Source of the DNA: an uncultured delta proteobacterium
GTDB taxonomy: Bacteria; Myxococcota_A; Polyangia; Polyangiales; JAFGIB01
DNA: 64,000 bases
Direction: 5' to 3'
NCBI GenBank assembly: GCA_963778655.1
Contig: CAVZVA010000010.1
Span: 480,001 to 544,000 of the forward strand
Below are positions 55,901-64,000 of the stretch, in pieces. The notes below the pieces were generated by a model, which saw nothing but the letters and a program-made list of their open reading frames with translations, did no database searches and had not been told where the DNA came from. Each line of letters starts with the position of its first letter. Position 1 is the first letter of the stretch. A program made the translations under genes and the position numbers.

Positions 55901-56687
55901 CGCCGAATTCGGCAAGAAGCTACCCGAGGACGACACGCGCAGAAAGGACGACTGGGGCGCGTTCTATGACCTTTACGACGACGTAATTTCGAGCCTGCTG
56001 GGGCTCGAGGGCAGGTTTGCCGAGCGACAGAAGGCGCTCGACGAACGACGGGCCAAGATCACGTTCACCGATCCCGCCGCTGTCGGCTGCGGCGAGCACT
56101 TCACGATCGAGCGTGCCGGTGAGGATGCCGTGCCCAGCAAGCGCAACCGGCGCGTCGACGTGCTGCTGTTCGACCCGGGCGAGCTGCCTCCGATCGAGAC
56201 CGATCCGCCGGGCGAAGCGATCTACGCGATGGGTCGATTCTCGATGCTGGACGCCTCGTGGATGGCGAGCGCGCAGTCGCTGCGGCTGTCGGTGTTGCAG
56301 GATCTCACCCAGCCGGCGCTGGTCGGCCGCGCGTATCGCCTGACCATGCGCCAACAGCAGTTCGAGGACGTGATCCCGGAGGACGGCATCATCGAGCAGC
56401 CGATTCCGCCGGGGGCGACGCAGGCCGTGCTGGCGGTGCGGGTCTTCGACGGGGTGGACACCGAGTACCGCTGGAGGCTGTCGATCGAACCGGTGCCTCC
56501 GGCTGCGAGCTCGGACGGGTGTCGCAAGCGCCTCTCCAATCTCGGCCTCGAGCCCGGAGCGGGCGCGACCGAGTCCGATCCGCGCTCGGAGCTCGCAATG
56601 CAGCACTTCCTGGAACGCCGCGGGCTCGACCCCGCGCAACTGAGCGATGCGGAGCGGACGGACGAGCTGAAGAAAGTATTTGCCTGA
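52944..56687 (+). CDS. 1247-aa protein: TTR/Ig-like N-terminal domains, three OmpA-like domains each with a PG-binding insert, and a C-terminal PG-binding-like region
   Basis: Three copies of AGHTD..G....ND.LS.DRA, IDG/ND..G..SK.AL..F...[YF]N and GCGE...RRVD[IV]L; no signal peptide. Confidence 0.85.
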   Translation: MWGTFAFTLEGARFLLADAFEGDALGAEWSRMEPGAALAVFDALIRRSSDADGVLARILSEVDGRPTDDATTAVGARARRERVMRELGDPVGRIALFERQPPSLSGPAPRDLEPVVLAEPEPEQDEATFITFELFDQTGERLQGLPFELEIDGDVVQTGTLQLGHVHREDSDPGASGTLRLPEEESVTDQSLTIRLTGTDGKPVAAAAFELVLADGTRRTGTLDDAGSTTLSQLAAGKALLSFSDPPPAAFLLGARPVDGRRIEVAVGGTAEITLGPRELPVLELGDINFRLDRAVFAPPLSEAEIARTSGKDPQAEPVGPPAPEQRALAAEAVLARAFRFLAQNPHKLVCLAGHTDKSGSSSHNDKLSEDRALSVALYLKAGARAEWAEHAFKNAQADDYQQALTLAHLVRGYYCNPRGIDGDFGDKSKQALKSFKLAYNADFAGSLKVDDQRREEDWLAFYDIYDGVLAPCLGLTPEQLALERERVVLTEPAVLGCGERFPLGDAGDPDAPPAQYAPRDRRVDILFLDADDRADLRAQPPGDAIYGKGAFVLQGIPVTDFPPRPERPVIEVLEVSDANFDSGHCVLLPSTIPGVDAPGISAKHTFGKLFKTLSANNDQRLLCIAGHTDSQGSDADNDALSADRAENVLRYLTGDLDGWAEHAFARHKDSDYQRILRWISMQQGWSDADPGEIDGKLGSKSKAALKAFRRHFNQSFAGQAGFALDEDADPFEGDFHGFFFLYDLALAQELKTDDAGLAEARGNLRFAPIGALGCGEHWTIEAIGEDDHPSKRNRRVDILLLDPDNLPELHVLPLGLIVYGLGRFELKYINQKIRVPVLDLADTHFRTNRAVLAPAPRAPASANSTQSTAAPEPAFERRFADLFKVLERFPNKQLLVAGHTDSVGSEQSNDELSADRAESVLFYVAGKKDAWADHAQKHSAAEDYQQALTWVAQQKPQYGCDPNGIDNDFGGGSKRALVAFKRGYNAEFGKKLPEDDTRRKDDWGAFYDLYDDVISSLLGLEGRFAERQKALDERRAKITFTDPAAVGCGEHFTIERAGEDAVPSKRNRRVDVLLFDPGELPPIETDPPGEAIYAMGRFSMLDASWMASAQSLRLSVLQDLTQPALVGRAYRLTMRQQQFEDVIPEDGIIEQPIPPGATQAVLAVRVFDGVDTEYRWRLSIEPVPPAASSDGCRKRLSNLGLEPGAGATESDPRSELAMQHFLERRGLDPAQLSDAERTDELKKVFA
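53781..56240 (+). repeat. Three tandem intragenic domain repeats of about 800-870 bp
   Basis: Units start near 53781 (LPVLELGDINF), 54648 (PVIEVLEVSDANF) and 55449 (VPVLDLADTHF). Confidence 0.85.
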
Positions 56688-56720
56688 GGGGGCCAAGGCT
56701 CGAGGAGCTCGGGATTGACC

Positions 56721-58532
56721 ATGTACGGATGCCACGATTTGAGGCGGGACGACATCGACCGCGATCCCAGCAACGGCAATGCACCCAAATGGGGCGGCAT
56801 CGCTGGCGCCCCGAATGCCACGCCCGGTTGCCCGGCTCCGCCGCTGGCGGCAGCGCCGGGGAGCGCGGCGGTGGTGGCGGTGCCGCAGCACGTGCGCAAG
56901 CTGCAGGAGGATCTGCGCTCGCTCGGCTTCAGCGTGGTCGGCGCTCCGAGCGGGACCTTTGACCTGCACACCGAGTGGGCGGTGCGCGAGCTGCAGATCT
57001 ACGCCAAGATGCCGCACGTGGCGCGGGTGAGCCCGACCGCGCCGGCGAACGCCCAGCAGGGCGCGCACCTGGTCACCGCGCTCGGGCAGCATGCGACGCA
57101 GCTACTCTCGATCTACGTGGCGTCGCTCGAGCAGGCGGGCAACGGCGCGATCTACGCGGGCGCGATCACGGGCGTGGTCGACGGAGCCACGCGCGACGTC
57201 ATCGAGCACTGGCTCGCGCACAACTTTCGCTGTCCGGTAATCGTCGAGGCATGGAGCATCCGGGCAGGCGCGCGCTCGAGCTTGACCCAGTCGAACATCT
57301 GGAGACACGACGACCTCGCATCCAGTGCGCCGCGCATGTTCGTTCGCGACTTCAGCGACCACTACGCCTTCCCCCCGACCAAGAGCTCCACCGACATGCA
57401 ACCACTCGGCGAGTTCGTAACCTTCGGGGCTCACAGCGGGCCCCGCTCCGAGCCGCCGCACCACACCTGGCCCGAGGCGGAGGTCACGCCCGACGCGCTG
57501 ATCGGTCGCGCCGCCCTCAGCGCCGCCGAGACCTCGACCTTCAAGGTTGTGCGCTCGGTGTCCGAGGTCGAGTGCATCGGTTTCCTGGACTGCGTCAACA
57601 GCTACGACAACGCATTCCTGTCGATGGGGCCGTGCCATTGGACCCTGGGCATCGAATCGCCGAGCCCGCCCCTGCCCAACGTCGCGCCCGGCGAGCTCTG
57701 CGGCTATCTCTCCTATCTGCGCCAGATCGACCCAGCCGCCTTCAGCGCTGCGATCGAGTTCTTCGGTGTGCGGGCGACCCCGGATTGGGCTCACGGCGGC
57801 GTGGCGAACGGGGCCGCGCTGTTTGTGAGCACCCAGCGCAAGTACGCGGGGCGGATGGCGCGGGTCACCGCGGCCGGCGCAGCGGTCACCATGCCGGACT
57901 CGATCAACGAGTGGCTCTATTTCAAGACCTGGCACTGGTTCTATCGCTTCGTGATGGCCGGCCGCACCAACACCGGATACCGGCGCCGCATCTGGGACAT
58001 GGCGCGGATCCGCCTGCGCGACATCCGAAACACGCCCTGGGGTCGCGCCGGCGTGGCGAACGTGGGGACGCCCCCTCATGCCCGGCCCGCCACGATCGGG
58101 GACGTCTTCACCTCGGAGAAGGCGAGCGCGATCATACTGCGCTGGCACGTTCGCTTTCCCGCGCACGTGGTCTCGGCGCTGGGCGCCGCCGCGGTGACCC
58201 CGTTCACGCACAGCAGCGCCGGCGCCGGCAGCCATCTCGACAGTGCGCTCGGGCGGGCGCGCAGCGCCGCCTCGACGCTGACGTGGACCGGGGATCCGAG
58301 CCTGTGGACCGACGACCACGAGCGCGCGCTAGTCCAGGGGCTACTCGACGAAGTCGCCGCGGTCGGTAACGCAGAGCTGCAGCGCAGCGTCGGCGTGGCC
58401 GCGGGCTTTCCGGTCTGGAGCGCGGGACACAATCCGCGCGGATTTCGGCTGACCGCTCCACTCACTCCGCATTCCGACCATCGCAACTCGTTCGACTTCG
58501 ACGCCGCGGGCTTGCCCCCAGCTCCGCCGTAG
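56721..58532 (+). CDS. Peptidoglycan-binding-domain protein with putative lysozyme-like catalytic region
   Basis: VRKLQEDLRSLGF...GTFDLHTEWAVRELQ (PG_binding_1-like); SEVECIGFLDCVNSYDNAFLSMGPCHWT; no signal peptide. Confidence 0.75.
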   Translation: MYGCHDLRRDDIDRDPSNGNAPKWGGIAGAPNATPGCPAPPLAAAPGSAAVVAVPQHVRKLQEDLRSLGFSVVGAPSGTFDLHTEWAVRELQIYAKMPHVARVSPTAPANAQQGAHLVTALGQHATQLLSIYVASLEQAGNGAIYAGAITGVVDGATRDVIEHWLAHNFRCPVIVEAWSIRAGARSSLTQSNIWRHDDLASSAPRMFVRDFSDHYAFPPTKSSTDMQPLGEFVTFGAHSGPRSEPPHHTWPEAEVTPDALIGRAALSAAETSTFKVVRSVSEVECIGFLDCVNSYDNAFLSMGPCHWTLGIESPSPPLPNVAPGELCGYLSYLRQIDPAAFSAAIEFFGVRATPDWAHGGVANGAALFVSTQRKYAGRMARVTAAGAAVTMPDSINEWLYFKTWHWFYRFVMAGRTNTGYRRRIWDMARIRLRDIRNTPWGRAGVANVGTPPHARPATIGDVFTSEKASAIILRWHVRFPAHVVSALGAAAVTPFTHSSAGAGSHLDSALGRARSAASTLTWTGDPSLWTDDHERALVQGLLDEVAAVGNAELQRSVGVAAGFPVWSAGHNPRGFRLTAPLTPHSDHRNSFDFDAAGLPPAPP

Positions 58533-58593
58533 AGCCGGTCGAGCAATCGACGAGCATTGACCCTGCGATTGCCTCTGGACACCATGCGTCGAG

Positions 58594-59679
58594 ATGTTCC
58601 GGCCAACCTTTGCGGTGCTCGCGCTCTGTGCGCTCGCTTGCGGCTGTCGCACCCGGCCCGAGCGACCGGCGCCCGCGTACGCTCGCCACGCGGAGCCAGC
58701 GAGCGCCGCGGCCCCGGCGCCCGTGCGCGCGAGACCTGCCGCGGTCGCCCCCGGCGCACCGGCGCCCCCAGCCGGCCGCCTGTGCCAGGGCGCGACGGTC
58801 GCGCCGCAGTGGCTCGACCCGGTGGGCACGCCGCGCCGCCGCTTGGTGCTGGCGCACGAAGTGCCGCAGCGGCCCCAGGACATCGGCGTCGAGCGATGGC
58901 GCGGAGATCTCGACGGCGATGGCGCGCAAGACTCGATCGTACGCCTGGGCTTTCCCGATTTCGCGGCGAGCTGGCACGACCTCGCAATGGCAGTGCTGAT
59001 CGATTGCGGCGGCGGGCGCATGGCGTACGCGCTGCCGGCCACGCCTGCGGTCGACGTGGTGCCCGGCGAGGGCTCGCACGCGGGCTTTCGTGATCTGCTG
59101 CAGCTCGACCTGCAGCAACAGCAGCCGCTGCGCTTCGATGGCCACGGCTACGTGGCGGCGGGCGCTCCCGTGCCGATCAGCGTCAGCGGCGAAACAGCCG
59201 AGGCGCAGACGCAGCGCCCGCCGGATCCGCCTGCGGTTCGAGACTTGTGCGCCCACGGCAGGCCGCTGCGCGTGCACTGGTTGGAACCGGACGCGGTGGA
59301 GGGCCGCTGCTTCGTTGCGCTCGACGAGTGGGAAGACGGCGCCGGCCCGCAGGGTAGGCGGTGGCGCGGCGACCTCGACGGCGACGGCGCGCAAGACGAC
59401 GCGATCCTGGACTTCCACATGTGCGGCAACGAGGGCGAGTGCGTGTTCGCGCCGGTGATCGGCTGCGCAGACGGGCACAGCGTCTTCGCCGCCGAGCCCG
59501 ACTATGCAGTGGACCTCGCGCCCCGGGCCGATGGCGCGCGTCACGGGGGCGTGCGTGACCTGACGATAACCCTGCGCACGACTGTCACCGATCGCGGCGG
59601 CGTCTCGACCAAGGCGGTGGCCATACCGAAGACGATGCGCTTCACAAACGGGCGCTATCGTAGGCCTGCCGTCCCCTGA
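58594..59679 (+). CDS. Lipoprotein with two internal repeats carrying WRGDLDGDGAQD (FG-GAP/EF-hand-like loop)
   Basis: Lipobox ALACGC; WRGDLDGDGAQD twice; HAGFRDL / HGGVRDL; LRFDGHGY / MRFTNGRY. Confidence 0.75.
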   Translation: MFRPTFAVLALCALACGCRTRPERPAPAYARHAEPASAAAPAPVRARPAAVAPGAPAPPAGRLCQGATVAPQWLDPVGTPRRRLVLAHEVPQRPQDIGVERWRGDLDGDGAQDSIVRLGFPDFAASWHDLAMAVLIDCGGGRMAYALPATPAVDVVPGEGSHAGFRDLLQLDLQQQQPLRFDGHGYVAAGAPVPISVSGETAEAQTQRPPDPPAVRDLCAHGRPLRVHWLEPDAVEGRCFVALDEWEDGAGPQGRRWRGDLDGDGAQDDAILDFHMCGNEGECVFAPVIGCADGHSVFAAEPDYAVDLAPRADGARHGGVRDLTITLRTTVTDRGGVSTKAVAIPKTMRFTNGRYRRPAVP

Positions 59680-59961
59680 CCCATGCGCTGGCGCCGAGGA
59701 CTGGCTGCGACGCAGCGCCAAGTCCTTCGGCCTACAACTCTTCGACGCCTCGGTTCTGGTACTGATCACCACGCGCTGATTTGGCGGGGCCACACCCTGC
59801 TTTCTTCACGAGGGGCGGCACGCCGGCCTGCGGCCTGTCCCCGGCGGAGTGAATCGGCCGGGGCCCCTCCCCACGCGGGGCCGCGTTCCGCTGCACTTTC
59901 GCGAGAGGAGAAGGCGCGTCTGCTCAGCACGAGCTCCACACCCGCCGCACCGACGCCGCCG

Positions 59962-61233
59962 TCAGCTCGCCTTCTTGCGGTTTCGCCACTCGGGCGATTC
60001 CACCAGCGCCATGCCCACCAGCCGCATCGCCTCGCTCAGCTGCACACCCAGCTTGCGCGTGAGATCCGGGCTCGCCACGCCCACGTCCGGGTAACCCTTA
60101 CCCTCGGGGTCCGTCTTCACGTTGCCCCAGTTCGCGAACAGCCGCCCCCACTCGCTGTCGAGCACCTTCGTCATCTGTTCCTTGGCATACATCGGGTACC
60201 AGAACGCGTCGTGATAGGCCACCGACGCAATGTACGCCCAGGGCGCGAGCCACGTCTTGAGCGACCACTCCAGCGGCGCCTTCAGCGGGCCCCAGTAGAT
60301 CCGGTGCTGGTTGCGCGACGCGAACGTCATCTTCTTGAACGGTCCGTCGAACTGCCAGCTCTCGTCCATCAGGAACGGATCGCCCACGATCTCGATGTCG
60401 CGCACGTCCCCGCAGCCCAGCCCGCGCTCGTGCGCCAGGCGCACGAACTTCAGATCCTTGAGCGGGTCCATTCCCATCAGCTTCGCGGCCACCGCGTCGA
60501 TCGCTACCTGGTCCGAAGACGCCAGGATCACGTTCTTGACGTGCGGGATCATGCAGCGCGGCCCCGGTCCGTCGCCCGCGAACGTGCCGTCCATCACCGC
60601 GAACACCCCGCGGTGGATCTTCTTCTGGATCATCAGCAGATCCACCAGCGTCTCGTGGATCACCGGATGCGTCCAGTGACGGTGCTCGTTGAGCAAACCG
60701 CCGAATGCGTTCTTCATCGCGCCGGTGGTGGTGGTGAAGATGTGCGTCTTGACCGTGGGCAGGTGGATGATGTTCTCACCGATGAAGCGCTTGGGAATCG
60801 AGAACCCCTTGGGGTAGACCTCGTTCAGGCAGAGGAAGTCCTTGGTCAGGTCCCCGACCGCGTCGCGGATGTTGATCCACTCCTCGCCCTCGTAAAGGTG
60901 CACGTTGCGCAGCCCGTGCGCACGCACCACGTCGATCTGCTTGTTCTCGCGCTCACCCAGGTGCGCGTCGATCACCACCGTGCGGTTGTGACAGGCATGG
61001 ATCAGATCGCTGTTGTAGCCGTCGCCCTTCATGGCGCGGATCACGCCCTCGAGCTGCCAGGGCGTGGTCGACGAGGCCGGGTAGAAAAAGTGCCAGGAGA
61101 TGTTGACCTTGAGCGCGGTATCCGCGTCCTTGGCCACGACCGACTGGTAGTCCGCCAGGTTCATCAGGCGGCGGTAGTCGTCGAGGACAGTCTTGGCCGA
61201 GGTGCGAAGAATGGCGACTTTGGCTTTGCTCAC
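59962..61233 (-). CDS. DUF362-domain protein
   Basis: ALKVNISWH, STTPWQLEGVI, IHLPTVKTH, TGAMKNAFG, SSDQVAIDAVAAKLMG. Confidence 0.85.
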   Translation of the reverse strand: MSKAKVAILRTSAKTVLDDYRRLMNLADYQSVVAKDADTALKVNISWHFFYPASSTTPWQLEGVIRAMKGDGYNSDLIHACHNRTVVIDAHLGERENKQIDVVRAHGLRNVHLYEGEEWINIRDAVGDLTKDFLCLNEVYPKGFSIPKRFIGENIIHLPTVKTHIFTTTTGAMKNAFGGLLNEHRHWTHPVIHETLVDLLMIQKKIHRGVFAVMDGTFAGDGPGPRCMIPHVKNVILASSDQVAIDAVAAKLMGMDPLKDLKFVRLAHERGLGCGDVRDIEIVGDPFLMDESWQFDGPFKKMTFASRNQHRIYWGPLKAPLEWSLKTWLAPWAYIASVAYHDAFWYPMYAKEQMTKVLDSEWGRLFANWGNVKTDPEGKGYPDVGVASPDLTRKLGVQLSEAMRLVGMALVESPEWRNRKKAS

Positions 61234-61339
61234 GGACTCAAAAAAGCATGAAACCCGGGTCCCGTCCAGCCTCCGGCGCCGCCGGCACAGCCGCGGCCGC
61301 CGGGCCTTTGCGTTGAAAAGGCCGCGCCGTGCGCAAGCC

Positions 61340-63373
61340 TCAGCGCGGGCTGGCCGCGATGTTGCCGCCGTCGACCGTGAGCACGGCGCCGCTGGTGCTC
61401 TGTGCCAATGCCAGGCTCACGAAGGCCTGGGCCACATCGCCGGCCGTCACCTCGCGCCGCAGCAGATTGGCGCGGTAGTAGTCGTCCGCCTCGAGCCCCC
61501 TGGCCCGCGCGCGCGCCTCCACCTCGCGGGCGTCGAGCAGCCCGGTGCGCACCCGGTCGGCGTTGACCGCGTTGCTGCGGATGCCGTGCTCGCCGAGCTC
61601 GAGCGCATACTGCTTGACCAGCGCGATCAGCGCGGCCTTGGGGATCGCATACGGCCCGAAGCCGGCGCCCGGATTGAACGCGGCCTTGGACGCGTTGAAC
61701 AGCAAGAAGCCTCCGCGCCCCTGGCGCTTCATGACGTCGGCCGCTTCCGAGGCGACCCAATGGTGGGCGTAGAAGTTGATCGCAAAGCTCTGCGCGAGCG
61801 CTTCGGTGCTGGCGTGCTCGATTGGCGCCTGCGGCGCCACGCCCGCGTTCGACACCACGCCGTCGACCCCGCCGTACAGCTGCACCGCGTGCTGGACGCT
61901 GCGCCGCACCGCGCGCTCGTCGGTCAGCTCGAGCACCTCGTAGCCGCAGCCGAGCTCGCGGCCGAGCGTGCCCAGCGCCTCGGCCTCGCGGTCGACCAGG
62001 TACAGCGCCGCACCTTCGCGCGCGAAGCGCCGCGCGGTGGCGGCGCCGATGCCGCTCGCGGCGCCCGTCACGTACACCACCTGGCCCTGCAGCGGCTTGG
62101 GCTGCGACTTGCCGAGCTTGGCCTGCTCGAGCGACCAGTACTCCATGTCGAAGATGTCGCCCTCGGGCAGGGCCTGATACTGGCCCACCGCCTGCGCGTT
62201 GCGGATCACGCTGATGGTGTGCTCGTAGATGTCGGCGGCGATCCGCGCTGCCGCTAGCGTGGTGCCCGCGGTGACCACCCCGAGCCCCGGCACCAGCACC
62301 ACGCGCGGGTCGGGATCGATCGGCTTGACCACGATGCCCTTGGCGCTCATCTGGCGCTGTACGTAGCTCTCGTAGTCGGCGCGGTAGCGCGCGAGTCGCT
62401 CGCTCAACCGCTCGCGCAGCCCGACCTCGCCGTGGCCCTGCTCCACGCGCGCCAGCAGCGGAAAGCGCTTGGTGCGGATCACGTGGTCGGGCGTGGCGCA
62501 GCCGATCTGCGACAGCGTCTCGAGCTGCGGGTCGGCCAGGAGCTCCTGGATCTCGGAGCTGCTGCGCAGGTGCAGCACGTAGCGCCGCCCGCCCTCGCAC
62601 AGCAGCCCGCGCAACACCGGCGCGAGCTCGCCGTATGCCAGCGGCGCGACCGGCGCGACCGAGGGACGCCGCGCCGACCAGTAGCGCCGCTTGCCGCAGA
62701 ACTCCTCGGCCTCGTGCACCGCACGGATGTGCCGCTCGTATGACTCGCGCGAGCTCGCGCCGAAGGTGAACAGCCCGTGTTGCAGCAGCAGCAAGCCATC
62801 GACCGCAGGATTGGCCTCGTAGACCTCGGCGGCGCGCTTGGCCAGCGCGAAGCCGGGCATGATGTACGCCACGATGCCCAAGCGCTCGCCGAAGCGCTCG
62901 CGGCATATGCGCTCGGCCTCGGGCTGGTCGACGAGGCTGAGGATAGCATCGGCGTGCGAGTGGTCGATCACCTTGTGCGGCAGAAACGCGTGCAGCAGCG
63001 TCTCCACCGAAGGGTTCGGCGCCGAGGCGTCGAGCATGCGCGTACGCTGGGCGTTGACCATGTCCTCGTCGCTCAGCTTGTCGAGGTGGCGCAGCGCCTT
63101 GAGCGGCTCGAGCCGCAGCGCCGGCAGCCCCTCGGGCTCGATCTCGGCAAGGTCCCAACCGCTGCCCTTGACGCACAGCACCTCGGTGTCGCGCCCGAGG
63201 TCATCCTTGACCACGGTCTTGACCGAGGTGTTGCCGCCGCCGTGCAGCACCAGCGTGGGGTCCGCGCCGATCAACCGCGAGCTGTACACGCGCAGCGCCA
63301 CGTCGGCGTTGCAGCGCTGGCGGTAGCGCTCGACCATGGCTTGCGCCTCGGCTTCGGACCACTTGCTCTCCAT
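61340..63373 (-). CDS. Bifunctional class II aldolase / short-chain dehydrogenase (RhaD-like fusion)
   Basis: VLHGGGNTSVK, VKGSGWDL, PSVETLLH, HSHAD, QHGLFTFG, TPDHVIRTK, EYWSLEQAKL; SDR part TGAASGIG, NAG, YAIPK, VDGGN. Confidence 0.93.
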   Translation of the reverse strand: MESKWSEAEAQAMVERYRQRCNADVALRVYSSRLIGADPTLVLHGGGNTSVKTVVKDDLGRDTEVLCVKGSGWDLAEIEPEGLPALRLEPLKALRHLDKLSDEDMVNAQRTRMLDASAPNPSVETLLHAFLPHKVIDHSHADAILSLVDQPEAERICRERFGERLGIVAYIMPGFALAKRAAEVYEANPAVDGLLLLQHGLFTFGASSRESYERHIRAVHEAEEFCGKRRYWSARRPSVAPVAPLAYGELAPVLRGLLCEGGRRYVLHLRSSSEIQELLADPQLETLSQIGCATPDHVIRTKRFPLLARVEQGHGEVGLRERLSERLARYRADYESYVQRQMSAKGIVVKPIDPDPRVVLVPGLGVVTAGTTLAAARIAADIYEHTISVIRNAQAVGQYQALPEGDIFDMEYWSLEQAKLGKSQPKPLQGQVVYVTGAASGIGAATARRFAREGAALYLVDREAEALGTLGRELGCGYEVLELTDERAVRRSVQHAVQLYGGVDGVVSNAGVAPQAPIEHASTEALAQSFAINFYAHHWVASEAADVMKRQGRGGFLLFNASKAAFNPGAGFGPYAIPKAALIALVKQYALELGEHGIRSNAVNADRVRTGLLDAREVEARARARGLEADDYYRANLLRREVTAGDVAQAFVSLALAQSTSGAVLTVDGGNIAASPR

Positions 63374-63490
63374 GAATGCTGGCTTCTATTACGTCCGCCG
63401 CGCGCGCTCAAGCGGCGGCCCGCGCCAGCCGGGCTTGTGCGAGCCCGCGGTCCCGGGTCAAGCTGGGCGCAGCTCTGCCCGAGGTAAGCC

Positions 63491-64000
63491 ATGCCACGCC
63501 GATTCGTCGACCTGTCGATGTACCTGGAGAACGACGTGATCTCGGATCCACCACCGTTCGGACCGCGCATCACGTACATGAAGCACGAGGACACCTTCTC
63601 GCAAATCGCGCCGTTCTTTCCCGGCCTACAGCAGCAGGAGCTGCCCGACGGGCAGGGCTGGGCGGTGGAGGCGGTGCAGCTCATCACCCACAACGGCACG
63701 CACCTGGACGCGCCCTATCACTTCCATCCCACGATGAACCGCGGCGAGCGCGCGATCACCATCGACGAGGTGCCGCTGCAGTGGTGCTTCCAGCCCGGGG
63801 TCAAGCTCGACTTCCGGCATTTTGCGGACGGCTACGTGGTCAGCGCCAGCGACGTCGAGCAGGAGCTGCAGCGCATCGGCCACGCGCTGCAGCCGTTCGA
63901 GATCGTGATGGTCAACACGCGCGCCGGCTCGCGCTACGGCTGCGACGACTACGTGGAGTCGGGCTGCGGCATGGGCTACGAGGCCACCATGTACCTGCTC
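63491..64000 (+). CDS. Cyclase / kynurenine-formamidase-family metallohydrolase (3' end runs off the window)
   Basis: Not in the ORF track; hand translation from ATG 63491 (GAGG upstream): MPRRFVDLS...THNGTHLDAPYH...AITIDEVPL...VNT. Confidence 0.92.
   Translation, partial: MPRRFVDLSMYLENDVISDPPPFGPRITYMKHEDTFSQIAPFFPGLQQQELPDGQGWAVEAVQLITHNGTHLDAPYHFHPTMNRGERAITIDEVPLQWCFQPGVKLDFRHFADGYVVSASDVEQELQRIGHALQPFEIVMVNTRAGSRYGCDDYVESGCGMGYEATMYLL

Noticed and set aside
59683..59961. Several short GC hairpins between convergent genes
   Set aside because: Stems are short or imperfect and there is no second copy in the window, so they cannot be told from chance at this GC content.
1..64000. tRNA, rRNA, transposase, integrase or phage structural genes
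   Set aside because: None was recognised by eye. A tRNAscan/Rfam/HMM run would be needed to exclude them formally.

Overview
A very GC-rich bacterial chromosomal window. A MYXO-CTERM-type sorting tail, a zinc-ribbon/GYF gliding-type protein and many Gly/Ala-linker lipoproteins point to a myxobacterium (inference). It holds about 50 protein-coding genes. Housekeeping genes are recQ, mutY, murB, serS, cimA, leuA, leuB and an RlmD/TrmA-like methyltransferase. Metabolic genes include an acyl-CoA dehydrogenase, two thiolases (one frameshifted), a MaoC hydratase, two P450s, a patatin and an aldolase/SDR fusion. Surface enzymes include GH5, GH43, a phosphoesterase, a multicopper oxidase and a gluzincin lipoprotein. 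No rRNA, tRNA, CRISPR array or transposase was seen. The most notable items are: (1) an orphan three-gene cassette at 52.9-59.7 kb, with a 1247-aa protein carrying three OmpA-like domains each split by a peptidoglycan-binding insert, a signal-less PG-binding/lysozyme-like protein, and a repeat lipoprotein, together resembling a cell-wall effector/immunity module; (2) a 165-bp MITE in two inverted copies; (3) a second palindromic repeat family with compensatory stem changes; (4) a lower-GC acyl-CoA/thiolase block followed by a 42-bp duplicate of the recQ 5' end; (5) a probable CTG start for murB; (6) a split HTTM/SdpAB-like pair. All family assignments come from motif recognition by eye, not from database searches.
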